Of a DNA stretch of 64,000 nucleotides, positions 55,601 to 64,000 are shown one piece after another (position 1 is the first letter of the stretch; each line of letters begins with the position of its first letter). The DNA is from a virus (taxonomy: Duplodnaviria; Caudoviricetes). The translations under genes were made by a program, and so were the position numbers. The stretch covers positions 1 to 64,000 of the IMG/VR virus record IMGVR_UViG_3300021400_001319. One strand, 5' to 3'. Below the pieces are notes generated by a model. The model worked only from the letters and a program-made list of their open reading frames with translations, ran no database searches and was not told the origin of the DNA.

Positions 55601-58600
55601 AGGCATCAGTGCTATTGCTTAATGCATCTTTTGCTTTTACAAACAGATCTGAATAACTACCAAGCCTTCCAGTAATAGCCTCTTGAACCGCATCTGTTTG
55701 TTGTTTTTGTGCAGACGTCTGTTCTTTAATCTTAGCTGTTAATTTCTCTGTGCTCTTTGCAGCCTCTTTCTGAGAAACAGAAACATCTGATATTGTTTTA
55801 CTGGCCTTTTGAGATTTTGAAACAAGGTCATCCAACGATGCTGAGGCCTCTTGAGTCATCTTAACAGAGGCTTTTTCTTCAGACGGATTCAGAATATTAT
55901 TTATATTAGACAGCAGCTCTTTTTTTATAGCCGAACCATTAAGCTTTTTGAATTTGCTAAACTTAGTTTTACTAGCCAAATTCTGGATATACTTAAGAAT
56001 TTCTTGATCCCCAGTATCCCGATATTTATCTAAAGCATTTGCAATCAGGGAAACATTCTTGTCGTGCTTACCAAGAGAGTATAGATTTTTTAGAGAAGAG
56101 TCACTAAGAAGAGAGGTTCCCTTATTGTTAATTATCTTAGGTACACCATTGAAAAGTGTAATTCCTGCGCGTCTAAGATTAACAATAGCCTCATTCATAG
56201 TCTTGATAGCGTCTTTTAGTGCGAGTTCACTTTCATTTAACTCTGCAGATTTACTCTTAGGAGAGTAGTAGTACTCATCCATCCCCATTTTCTTATGGAC
56301 GCTTCCAGTCACTCCTTCGGCCTTAGACAAATCCAACATGGATTCCTTGGCAAGTTGAAGCGCTACTAATAGTTTAGTGACTTCTTCATTTGTTGCTTTT
56401 ATTTCTTGTTGGGCTTCACTGCCCATAGCCTCAGAAGCTTGTTCAACCTCTTTAAAGCCTTTTGCAGCAGTATCGGTAGGCAACTTACTTAACAGATTAG
56501 TAAGACTTGTGCGCATAGTATCGGCATTGCCTATTATTCTGTCATAGTAGGCTTGATACTTCGCTAAAGTTTCTTTTGTACCACCATTCTTTTTATAGAT
56601 GTCAAAGAGCTGTATAAACTTTAAATAATGTTTGTAAGCATTTTCCCAATTGGTGTCTTCAAACTTATTATTATTAATCCATTCAGCTTCTGTTTGTAGA
56701 CTTCTACGAGCATTATCTCTTACAGTATGACCTTTCTTAGTAGTTCCTTTTACAGTTATGCCATCTAAGACTTCTCTTATAGAAGAGACATTATAAGCCC
56801 CCGACTTAGATGTAAGACGACCAATTGCAGCAGTCATTGCATCTAGCTTTTGTGTCACCTTTTCAACTTTGGTTGAGGTTTGTTCTAGTTCTTCTTGAGT
56901 CTCATCCATGGTGGACTGAAGTGTTTTCTCTTCATTGCTTGCCTGTTTTAACGTAGTGGCATGCTGCAATAAAGTCTTTGCTATACCTTCTTTACTATCG
57001 CCTGCCTTGCGACCTGCTTGATAAATAGAGTAAGCGTCAAACCCCAATAGTTCATTAAGCTTTTTTGAACTGACACGTGTACCAGAGAGAAGAGCTGTTA
57101 GACGTTCCTCTATATTATCTATTGAAGATTCTACTGTCCCGGCAACATCTTTAACTGCGCTCTTGATTTCATCAATTGCCGGAGTGACATTAGATATCAA
57201 AGAATTATCAGCCGTATTAGCCATGCCCTCAGACAATCCCTGAAGTGCTTCTTTAGCAGCCTTTTTTGACGTTTCTTTGATTTCTGAGGTCTTTTCTTTT
57301 ATTCCCTCTACATAGCCTGAACCAAAGTCATTTCCTAATTTTCTGGTTTTCTTTGCCGCAGAGTGTGAATCCTGTGTGGCTTGCACAGCGGCAAGAGCTG
57401 CCTCAACCATTTTTGTGGCAGCTGCTTCTACATTAGGAATTTGATCTTGAATACCTTTTACATATCCTTGTCCAAAATCTACACCTGCCTCGTACCAATC
57501 TTTAGCAGCATTGATTTCCTTGACATTTCGGCTGAGCCACCCCTGAACATTTTCTGTTCCGCCAAGATCTTTAAAGCTTTTTGAACCACCTAGTTTCTGA
57601 TACTGCTCGAACTGGGCCAACACGCTTTTGATTTCTTTCAGGTTATTCCCACGAAGCGCACCTGATATACTCTGAACCCGCTGTTGGATTCCAGCAAACA
57701 TATTATCAAGATCATTGCTATTAAGAACCTTGTAGGCTGTTTGAATAGATGCAAGAAAATCAGATAAAGTATTTACCAAAGTTTTTACTTCTGAAATGTT
57801 CTCTTGTAGACTAAGTGTTTTTAAAATTTCCCTAATGTCTACAAGTACCTGCCATACATAAGTCGTCTGGAGCTTTGTTTCCTCAGCTTTAGACATGATC
57901 ATGTCAATGACACTTACTATGGTTTTTACCTCATCGAAGCCCTTTTGATTCTTACCAAACAAGTTAATAGTCTTAACATCTAGAACCAGTTCTTTTGAAA
58001 GACGATTTAGCTCCCGCTGAAGTTTCTTTGTGACTTTTTCATCCATAACAACTGACGGATGAATTTCCATAGGTTTCTCAACCGTTGTACGTATTTTCTT
58101 TATAGTGTTGTTAATATTGGTTTCGGTTTCAGACAAGGCATTTGCTTTGATCTTTATATTGAGTTCCTTATCGCCACTGAAATCTTTTGCGATATTATCA
58201 AATAGCTCCTGCAAGCCACTTTTATTTACCTGTTCTGGCAGAGAGTCTATTTCACTCTGTATCTGGGAAAGGAGCTTATTGGTTTTCTTTGATGAATAAC
58301 CTGACTGAAGAACAAACTGCAACTTCAGAGGATAGTCATTAAGATGAGGCTGGGTTTTATCAACTATTTCTTTGGCTCGCTGAACAAGCGTGTTTACACC
58401 AGTAGAAATATCAAGAGGAACAGTTAACCTTTTTGTTTCACTGGTTCCATTGGCCTTCTTTTCTATCTCAGCAGATATAGTATCTGTTATTCCAACACTT
58501 TCTCTTTTTATTTCATTTAGTCTGTCCTGAATACGGTCAGAGAGTTTATCTAACGTTTCCTCTATTCTACCGGTGACTTCCTGAAGTTTCATTCCAGAAA

Positions 58601-59366
58601 AGTCTAATTCAAAGACATCATCGTACTTCTCCCTGTTTGCGCTGTCTTGTAATTCTCTAATTTTCTTAGCAGTCTTTACTAATTCAAGCGCAAATTTATT
58701 GTATTCCTTCACAGGAAGATCAGGTGACTTTAAGACTTCTTCAAGTCTTAAATATTCGTTTATCAGATCGTCAAAAGATTGAGCAAGCTTTTTTGTAGAA
58801 CCCTCATAGTTGTCATTCTCAAAGTTAAACTGGTTGATGTCTTCAATGACTTTAGCTATTTCAGTCAACTTCTTAGCTTCTTTTTCTAAAGAAGATGCAT
58901 CTATCCCAGTATGCGTTCTTACGTTTGGTGTCTTATTGAATGTAGAATACAAATGATCTATTGCACCGACAGCTTCTTTTGCATTTTGCGTAGTCGTAGC
59001 CATTGAACGCGAGAATGAATCCAAGTCTTTTTTAAAAGCATCCCCTACGTGTTTTGACATAGTGCCAACTAAAGCGGCCATTTCTTGTTCTAGCGCAGTT
59101 GTTCTTTGATCAATACTATCAATCTGCTTAATCAATCCTTTTGACAAGTCTTCAAATGTTTTACGATTAAGCTTGTTTGTGTTGATTGAATTAAATTGTG
59201 CTTGTAGTTCTTTTATTGCTTGTTGAATAGAAGCGACCTGGTCAGCCATTCCCTTTGTCATTTTATTGCCAGCTCTATTGGACAAGCTGTCTAACTGTCG
59301 CTCTAAATCTTTTATTTGATCACTGATGTCTATCCTTATACCGACATCAACAATAGGCTTTGACAT
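46676..59366 (-). CDS. tape measure protein, join(59366..49555,48902..46676), ~4012 aa after splicing
   Basis: TP901-type core (DSALTELRKVS...IDKYNEVANNFAID..GIGEALQRSA...VGTLWKTLSARIRG); exon 2 hand-translated open from 48902; spliced junction KDGQMV|YDTDTDAVREA. Confidence 0.9.
49234..49356 (+). CDS. type I toxin-like peptide (40 aa) inside the intron, antisense to TMP
   Basis: GAAGGTG RBS, GTG start; MTFHVFLLSIVASLIAALIYDIIKKIVNKHKNDRHRRGSR has one TM and a basic tail. Confidence 0.75.
   Translation: MTFHVFLLSIVASLIAALIYDIIKKIVNKHKNDRHRRGSR
49318..49427 (-). ncRNA. putative antitoxin RNA inside the intron
   Basis: TTGACA(49462-57)-17-TAAGAT promoter; terminator AACGAC..CCAC/GTGG..GTCGTT+T tract overlapping the toxin 3' end. 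Confidence 0.65.
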
Positions 59367-59383
59367 AACCAGTCACCTCCATA

Positions 59384-59896
59384 TTATATTTTTACTTTCG
59401 CTTGAGCTTTTAAAATATAGTCTTGCAAATTATCAACTATTTCATCTCGCCGTTTTTCTATAATTTCCATGGGAGAGGGGCTCATTATATGAGGGATAAT
59501 TCTCGGTTCAAATCCTTGTGGATAAATCTGTGTGCCTGCGACACCATGGAATCCAGCATAAACTGTATCAAATACTTGTTCAGTAACTTGTGCTGAACTA
59601 TACCCCTTACTAGACTGATAAATATCATCCATCAACTGCGGAGTGAACTCAACACCGCCTCTATACACATTTCCGTGAGCATTGGAATAATATTTCCTAA
59701 AACTCTTTTCCAAAAAGTTATAGTAATGTCTTTGGTAACTCTTAGGAGAATAATCCTCATAAAAATGGACTATGGCGTTAAAAGCGGTTTCTGTAAGTTC
59801 ATCCCTTATACTAGCCGCTGTAATGCGACCAACTTCTTTTGAATACTTCTCCAGATATTCCTTCAAAGCTGATGTATCTACACTGTTTTTTGCCAT
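59384..59896 (-). CDS. hypothetical structural/tail protein preceding TMP
   Basis: GAGG RBS; FYEDYSPKSYQR motif. Confidence 0.7.
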   Translation of the reverse strand: MAKNSVDTSALKEYLEKYSKEVGRITAASIRDELTETAFNAIVHFYEDYSPKSYQRHYYNFLEKSFRKYYSNAHGNVYRGGVEFTPQLMDDIYQSSKGYSSAQVTEQVFDTVYAGFHGVAGTQIYPQGFEPRIIPHIMSPSPMEIIEKRRDEIVDNLQDYILKAQAKVKI

Positions 59897-59919
59897 ATCA
59901 TCATTACCTCACGCACTGA

Positions 59920-60390
59920 TCAACCTGTTACCCGTGGCAATTTCTGAATTGCATTTTGAAGTTTGTCTAGTATAAAGTTGATATTTTCAGACTTTAAAGA
60001 CAAATGATTCACAAGGTTATTATGATTATCGATAATATCGTTTATAACCATATCTAAAATAGTATTAAATGTTTTTGCATCCCTGCCAATTGCCTTTGCG
60101 AGGATGTCAGAAACCCCATATCTTTCAATAAGATTGAAATCTGCAAGATTATTTTCTGGAATAAGTTCAATATCCGTATATTCTCTAACAAGTGATAAGA
60201 TAAAGTTTTCATAAACCAATGGCGTATTTTTAATTAAATCGCCATTGTCAAGAATCATCTTTTTTGCAATAAGATTACTGATTGCTATTTTTCTTTCAAA
60301 GCTTATATAATCAGTTGTCATATGCTTCTTCACATAAGTCTCTTTATTCTGCGACTTATTAAATTCTTCTATAAATTGTTCTATCTTCAT
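59920..60390 (-). CDS. hypothetical protein (possible tail assembly chaperone)
   Basis: ORF track; position upstream of TMP. Confidence 0.6.
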   Translation of the reverse strand: MKIEQFIEEFNKSQNKETYVKKHMTTDYISFERKIAISNLIAKKMILDNGDLIKNTPLVYENFILSLVREYTDIELIPENNLADFNLIERYGVSDILAKAIGRDAKTFNTILDMVINDIIDNHNNLVNHLSLKSENINFILDKLQNAIQKLPRVTG

Positions 60391-60421
60391 AACTTTTCCT
60401 TTCATTCCTTTATGTTATAAT

Positions 60422-60649
60422 TTACTCAAAGTCTCTCGCATCCATATACCTTTCAACTGTGTAAACTGGTTCAGCGCAATCACTAGTTATTGTTATGCTA
60501 AAAGACTTGAGGTTGGTGATTTTTTCTCCGTCCAAATAGACATCAATGATATTGTCAGCACAAATGTCATTTGCGCGGTCGGAGTTTATATCATCTACAG
60601 CCTTGTTTAATTCTTCTGAACTTTTTCGTTTTATAAGTATTTCTTTCAT
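60422..60649 (-). CDS. hypothetical protein
   Basis: AAGGA RBS. Confidence 0.6.
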   Translation of the reverse strand: MKEILIKRKSSEELNKAVDDINSDRANDICADNIIDVYLDGEKITNLKSFSITITSDCAEPVYTVERYMDARDFE

Positions 60650-60673
60650 ATTTTCCTTTCTATGGGGGTGTAA

Positions 60674-61129
60674 ATGAAAATCAACTATGACGCAATCAGA
60701 GATACATTGTTATATCTAGAGGAAAACTTGACAATACGTCAATCTAAATCCATCCGTTATGCTCATACTGAAATTAAAATAGAAAAAATAATCAATGATC
60801 TTTCAAATAAGTATGAGAAGATAGATATATTCTATTCCATTGAAAAACTTAACGAGGTTGGATATATCGCAACAAGGTTCAGCAGAAATGCGACAGATGA
60901 CATTTTCACTGGAATAGTTACAGATATAACTTGGGATGGTTATGATTTCTTAGAAAATATCCGGCAAGATACTATATGGGAGGCAACCAAAAAGGGTGCT
61001 AAGAAAATAGGTTCGCAGTCTATCAGTACCCTTTCTTTAATAGCTAAACAGATTATTACATCAATTGTCACTAATCCTAGCGTCATAAACAAGCTTCTTG
61101 ATGAAATGCACTCTTTTACAGCTAAATAA
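60674..61129 (+). CDS. DUF2513-like protein (counter-oriented moron)
   Basis: MK.NYD.IRD.LL.LE, ITWDGYDFLENIR..T.WE..K motif. Confidence 0.75.
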   Translation: MKINYDAIRDTLLYLEENLTIRQSKSIRYAHTEIKIEKIINDLSNKYEKIDIFYSIEKLNEVGYIATRFSRNATDDIFTGIVTDITWDGYDFLENIRQDTIWEATKKGAKKIGSQSISTLSLIAKQIITSIVTNPSVINKLLDEMHSFTAK

Positions 61130-61183
61130 TGTTGATATGCATGTGCGGCCTGTATAGTCTTTAATCCAAAAGGAGACGCATAA

Positions 61184-61351
61184 ATGGCTGAGTTAGTGAA
61201 TGCGTTAATTCCTTGTATACCACCGGCCATTATTGTTGGAGGATTATTATTCCTCACATATAAAGTCAGAGAAAGAGTCTTATATATCAAAATCACTCTA
61301 GACGGTTTTGAGATAAAATTCGACAAGGGCAGGACAGACAACGCACAATAG
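61184..61351 (+). CDS. 55-aa single-TM peptide
   Basis: AAAGGAG RBS; MAELVNALIPCIPPAIIVGGLLFLTYKVRERVLYIKITLDGFEIKFDKGRTDNAQ. Confidence 0.55.
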   Translation: MAELVNALIPCIPPAIIVGGLLFLTYKVRERVLYIKITLDGFEIKFDKGRTDNAQ

Positions 61352-61441
61352 TCTGTCGATGAATAAAAGGAGACCGTACATGCATGTATGGGAGGGTTCG
61401 CCCTCAAGGAAAAGGAATATGTTTAAGCATATTCCTTTTCC

Positions 61442-63352
61442 TTATATCTCAGCTACTTCAATAAGCTTCACATGTTTTTCTTTTTGCGTTGCTAGGATTT
61501 CCCTTACTCTGTTTTCAGGCAATACTGTAATGCCTCTTCTTAGCAATTTACCTGTATATCTATCTTTAAACTCTTGGACAACATTAACTGTTAAACATGG
61601 TGTTTCCTTTACCTCTTGCCTTATAGGCGCTGGAGCACCAAGAAGCTTTTTCCATTGGTTGACTATGGCTTTGTTGTCGTATCTAAAAGTGAATTTTGGA
61701 ATAGTCAATATCTTTCTTACATCAAATTTCATGTCGTATGGTATTACATACCCGTGGACACCATCTTGAAATCCCTCTTCAAACAATGATGGAAAAGGAG
61801 TAGCAAGGACAGGAGTGTTAAGATTAAGAGCTTCTAATACAGACATTGAATATGCTTCGGCATCTGATAGCTGAACAAGATAATCCGCTTTTTGAATAAA
61901 GCTCTGTATGTTAGCTCTTGGCCCCATATTTATAAAATTTTCCGGGGGATTAGGTAATGCTTTATCTGAGAAGTTAAGCCACACAAAAGGAATATTTTTT
62001 TCATTAAGCATCTTAGCCAAAGTTCTTATCCTTTGGTCGTTTTTACCTTTATCACTTACACCCATTCGTGTTGCTGATACCAACAATAACTCTTTGGCTT
62101 CAGGATAAGACATGTTATGAATAACAATACCATTCTTAGCCTTTTCTCCCCATGAAGACTTAGAAGCCTGAGATACATTCACCAAAAAGTCAACGTTATC
62201 AGGGTTGAGATCAATTACTTTCTGCTTACATGCATGGCAAACTTGAACGGACTTTTTATACATAACATTTTTAGGGATACTATCTGTGAGTCTATTTAAA
62301 ATAATAGTGTCACATGAGATAGGCTGGTTTGGGTCATTCTTCATAACACGAACTATTTTTCTTAGTCGATTACACTGCATAGGATCAAATCTGTCATACA
62401 ATACCAATATGTCATAATAATCCTTTAAGTGCTGGCACGTGTTATAAAGAAATGTCGATATACCACCTATCATATTTGCAAATTCACAATAAAATATTAC
62501 TTGTGCTTTAATCGGGATTGCCATTCGTATAAATCTATTGTAAGGTTCTCCCCTTAAATAATGCCCCCAAATACTTATTGGTTTAGATATTTGGCAGTAT
62601 CTACGCAATTCGGGAAGATCATTCTGCTCAGTAAGCAACCATACCTCATTGGTTTCATCCTCTTTACGTATCTCATCAATGAGCCACCGCATATTTTCTG
62701 TGACGTGTTTATAATAGTAAACGACTCGCTTGGTTTTCATTAAGCCTTTCTTAAAGCGCTTTATCTTTGAATTTGTCACAGCGGTACGATAATAATACAT
62801 GTAGTCTGATATAATCGCCCTCGTGAACTTATTTGTTGGATCAAGATAACCTATTCGCCTTGAAAAGTCTTCATCCTCAGTTGAATCTTTTTTTTCATTA
62901 AAGCGCGTATTACCAATAAAGGAACGCTTAAATGCCCTTGTACATACTGATGGGTTGGTCAGTCTGTCAGTTGGCTTATTTAATTTCTTATTGTGTTGAG
63001 TCCCTTCGGTAGAAGAAAGTGATTTCCATGAAAATTCAATGACATCGGGGTTAGTTCTGGCAGCCTCTAAAAGCTTTCTAACAAAATAGTTGGGGACTAA
63101 ATCATCAGCATCTATAAATGAGATGTATTCACCAACTGCATTATCAAGGCCAACATTTCTAGCTGTAGAACACCCACCATTTTCCTTGCGGAATACTTTG
63201 CACCACTTATATTTAGTTTTAAATGGTTTTTCACTTCCGTCATCAACAAGTATACACTCGATATTATCCGTCATCTGCGGAGATAAAACATCCAGGAGTT
63301 CATCAGTATATTCTTTTGCATTATAATAAGGGATTATTATTGACAGTTTCAT
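61442..63352 (-). CDS. bifunctional glycosyltransferase (GT2 N-terminal, GT-B/GT4-like C-terminal)
   Basis: LSIIIPYYN, VDDGS, ARNVGL, FIDADD; C-terminal DYLVQLSDAEAYSMSVLEAL. Confidence 0.88.
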   Translation of the reverse strand: MKLSIIIPYYNAKEYTDELLDVLSPQMTDNIECILVDDGSEKPFKTKYKWCKVFRKENGGCSTARNVGLDNAVGEYISFIDADDLVPNYFVRKLLEAARTNPDVIEFSWKSLSSTEGTQHNKKLNKPTDRLTNPSVCTRAFKRSFIGNTRFNEKKDSTEDEDFSRRIGYLDPTNKFTRAIISDYMYYYRTAVTNSKIKRFKKGLMKTKRVVYYYKHVTENMRWLIDEIRKEDETNEVWLLTEQNDLPELRRYCQISKPISIWGHYLRGEPYNRFIRMAIPIKAQVIFYCEFANMIGGISTFLYNTCQHLKDYYDILVLYDRFDPMQCNRLRKIVRVMKNDPNQPISCDTIILNRLTDSIPKNVMYKKSVQVCHACKQKVIDLNPDNVDFLVNVSQASKSSWGEKAKNGIVIHNMSYPEAKELLLVSATRMGVSDKGKNDQRIRTLAKMLNEKNIPFVWLNFSDKALPNPPENFINMGPRANIQSFIQKADYLVQLSDAEAYSMSVLEALNLNTPVLATPFPSLFEEGFQDGVHGYVIPYDMKFDVRKILTIPKFTFRYDNKAIVNQWKKLLGAPAPIRQEVKETPCLTVNVVQEFKDRYTGKLLRRGITVLPENRVREILATQKEKHVKLIEVAEI

Positions 63353-63499
63353 GTGTTTTTCCTTTTGCTCTTATGCTACAATCTTATTGGTGCTACCTAA
63401 ACGGTGGCGGTTGGTCCTCTAGGAACTATTAACCTTGATTATCCCTGCGGTAGGGAGGAATCGCTATGGGGAAAATAAATCTGAAGGGACTGATGCGCA

Positions 63500-63586
63500 A
63501 TGACTATTTTAGAATTTGCTGCTTTGATCACGCTTCTTTTCGGAGCGTTCGGCATCGGATATAAACTAGGTAAGAACGCAAAATAA
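63500..63586 (+). CDS. type I toxin-like peptide (28 aa)
   Basis: MTILEFAALITLLFGAFGIGYKLGKNAK; GAAGGGA RBS; 5'/3' fold-back mRNA ends. Confidence 0.65.
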   Translation: MTILEFAALITLLFGAFGIGYKLGKNAK

Positions 63587-63672
63587 CCGCCTACCCTCAG
63601 AAAGTTAGCGGTCATTTTACGTTAATAAAAGCTGAGGACTAACCGTTGCTGTACGGGTAGCACCTTTTTGTA
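63578..63672 (-). ncRNA. putative antitoxin RNA
   Basis: TTGACT(63707-02)-17-TAGTAT promoter; terminator AATGACCGC/GCGGTTATT+TTT overlapping the toxin stop codon. Confidence 0.55.
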
Positions 63673-63718
63673 TTTATTATACTATATGTTTCACACGACA
63701 TAGTCAATACATAAGGTG

Positions 63719-64000
63719 TTAATCAGTGCAAGTGATAGTTATCTCAGTTCGAGGATTATCCTTGTCATATCCGGTACACAATTCTAAAGATTTCAAGTGT
63801 TCACCGTCATCATCCACAATTAGACCAGCCTCTGTCATACCGTCCAGTATAAACTTAGGCACCATGTTGTCGGGATCTATTCGCCTTTTTGTAGGCATAT
63901 ATGTTGTGAAAGTCATACTAAAGGTATTGAGCCTTAAGTTTGACAATTGGTTTTCTTCTATAATCCATTTAATGAAATCTTTCCACCTCTGCTTAAGTTC
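63719..64000 (-). CDS. RusA-like Holliday junction resolvase (5'-partial)
   Basis: RRIDPDNMVPKFILDGM..AGLIVDD...DNPRTEI; frame open to the window edge. Confidence 0.8.
   Translation of the reverse strand, partial: ELKQRWKDFIKWIIEENQLSNLRLNTFSMTFTTYMPTKRRIDPDNMVPKFILDGMTEAGLIVDDDGEHLKSLELCTGYDKDNPRTEITITCTD

Noticed and set aside
49503-58299. Numerous + strand ORFs antisense to TMP, and similar shadow ORFs elsewhere (e.g. 34340..34702, 24167..24484, 8307..8772)
   Set aside because: They are shadows of long opposite-strand genes, with no RBS and no recognisable motifs.
61584-61594. Fifth TTAACTGTTAA operator copy
   Set aside because: It lies inside the glycosyltransferase coding sequence with no flanking promoter elements; probably chance.
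1-64000. CRISPR array or rRNA
   Set aside because: No regularly spaced repeat-spacer array and no rRNA-like sequence; the repeats seen are coding or junctional.

Overview
A 64-kb segment of a large temperate tailed-phage genome (AT-rich, Bacillota/Clostridia-like signals; organisation resembles SPbeta-like siphoviruses). No host genes were seen. The + strand from 1 to 23.0 kb carries an array of short accessory ORFs, a YopQ/SroE-like plus YopR/MrpR-like regulatory pair, recombination and replication genes (DUF1351, ERF, NinB-like, HNH, SSB, primase-helicase), tRNA-Gln with an adjacent tRNA-like RNA, a cysteine desulfurase, a SleB-like hydrolase, dUTPase and a tyrosine integrase followed by an attP-like site with a tRNA 3'-end core. 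The - strand from 23.2 to 64 kb carries lysis and tail genes. Three observations stand out. (1) A serine recombinase lies next to four ~110-130-codon cassettes in two orientations. Only one cassette has a convincing RBS and start codon, and all four begin at an in-frame [G/C]GAAC[A/G] motif. This is a candidate shufflon with a constant region of only 6-7 codons. (2) The ~4012-aa tape-measure gene is split by a 652-nt group I intron. The intron carries an apparently complete type I toxin-antitoxin module instead of a homing endonuclease. (3) A TTAACWGTTAA palindrome recurs in or beside four early promoters. Family assignments come from motif recognition only; no database searches or folding programs were run.
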